Part shown: positions 63,113-64,000 of the stretch, piece after piece | Numbering within the stretch: the first letter of the stretch is position 1 | Layout: each line of letters begins with the position of its first letter | NCBI RefSeq assembly: GCF_006345805.1 | Contig: NC_043019.1 | Location: 5,083,360-5,147,359, forward strand | DNA: 64,000 nt | Direction: 5' to 3' | Source: Octopus sinensis | Taxonomy: Eukaryota | Position numbers and translations under genes: made by a program | Notes under the pieces: generated by a model | The model's input: only the letters and a program-made list of their open reading frames with translations | Database searches by the model: none | Told to the model about the DNA's origin: nothing

Positions 63113-63276
63113 ATGCCTGTATTTATGTGAGATAATAGTTTCACTTTAATAATTTCAGTATTAAAGTGAAACTATTAAAGTGAAAGTATCTGACATTACA
63201 ATAGAGAGATGTTATTGTTTCACTTTTGACAAGTAATACTAAAAATAGTAGAGAAGATATGATATTGCTGTGGGCT
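62871..63276. repeat. ~400-bp fold-back element with microsatellite loop
   Basis: Arms agcccacagcaatatcatatc... / ...gatatgatattgctgtgggct. Confidence 0.85.
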
Positions 63277-63323
63277 CGACCTAGGCAAGAAGTTAAAAAA
63301 TTTTTTGGCTTATGATACTACAT

Positions 63324-63643
63324 CGTTTTTGGATTTGGTTTGCAAGATTCTTTATGTGAGTTAGTGTGTTGAAGCATATTTTGTTGTGTTTGGAGAGAGT
63401 CATTCTCTTTTTGTACCTTATTATTTAACACACTCACCAGTAAAGTTTCCACTCATTTACTTTTTTATTTTTCCTAAAGTTTCCATTGCATCTTGCAAAT
63501 TTTTCAATAGACTACTGAAAAGGTTGCAAGACGAGGCAACGAAAATTTCAGGAAAAATAAATTAGTAAATGAGTGGAAACTTTGTCAGTGATTGTATTAA
63601 ATAAGAAGGCACTAAAAGAGAATGACTCTCCCCAAACACAACA
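63324..63643. mobile_element. Fold-back element family F, both arms nearly complete
   Basis: Same arms as 9372 and 20250. Hammerhead-like motif at 63512-63551. Confidence 0.75.
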
Positions 63644-64000
63644 ATATATATATATATATATATATATGTCAAAAGGAACATAAACATTTTCATTTGGAAT
63701 GGAATATTCTATCTAGATCCTTTCCTTATGATAAGGGTAAATCGTTTTGTTCACGCTGTAATGACAAACTTTATTTCATCTTGTTCTCAGAGAATCCTCT
63801 TGTAAACACATTTAAAGAACGCATTTATCATTGCAAACATTGGCAAAAACATACCTTTAGTTCCTATAAGTGATTTCTACCAGTCTATAATATTTTACCT
63901 TTAACTGTCTTCTTACATTTCACTTCCACTAAGTAAATGTATTTCTACGCCTTTAATCATTATTCGTATTCACCTATCACACTGTATTTCTCCACTTTTA

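Overview
AT-rich, repeat-dense eukaryotic genomic DNA. The SINE/LINE/MITE repertoire points to a coleoid cephalopod, probably Octopus (inference). The main gene is a minus-strand, multi-exon DNAJC7 (TPR2) co-chaperone with TPR repeats and a C-terminal J-domain (HPD). Twelve coding exons between 35814 and 791 join in consistent phase, and one intron is GC-AG. A 14-nt ATG exon at 52977-52990 is the best candidate for the start and would give about 482 aa. The introns and flanks hold tRNA-derived SINEs, Nin-domain SINEs, RTE LINE fragments, Penelope-like (PLE) remnants, Helitrons, and hAT, Merlin-like, piggyBac-like and pogo-like MITEs, plus two minisatellite arrays. The most notable observation is two families of short fold-back elements carrying minimal hammerhead-ribozyme motifs in which the C3-G8 core pair is replaced by G3-C8 or U3-A8. 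Candidate poison exons and a microexon in DNAJC7 also merit checking. Nearly all ORFs in the supplied track come from repeats or microsatellites. All analysis was by eye; repeat boundaries without target-site duplications (TSDs) are approximate.
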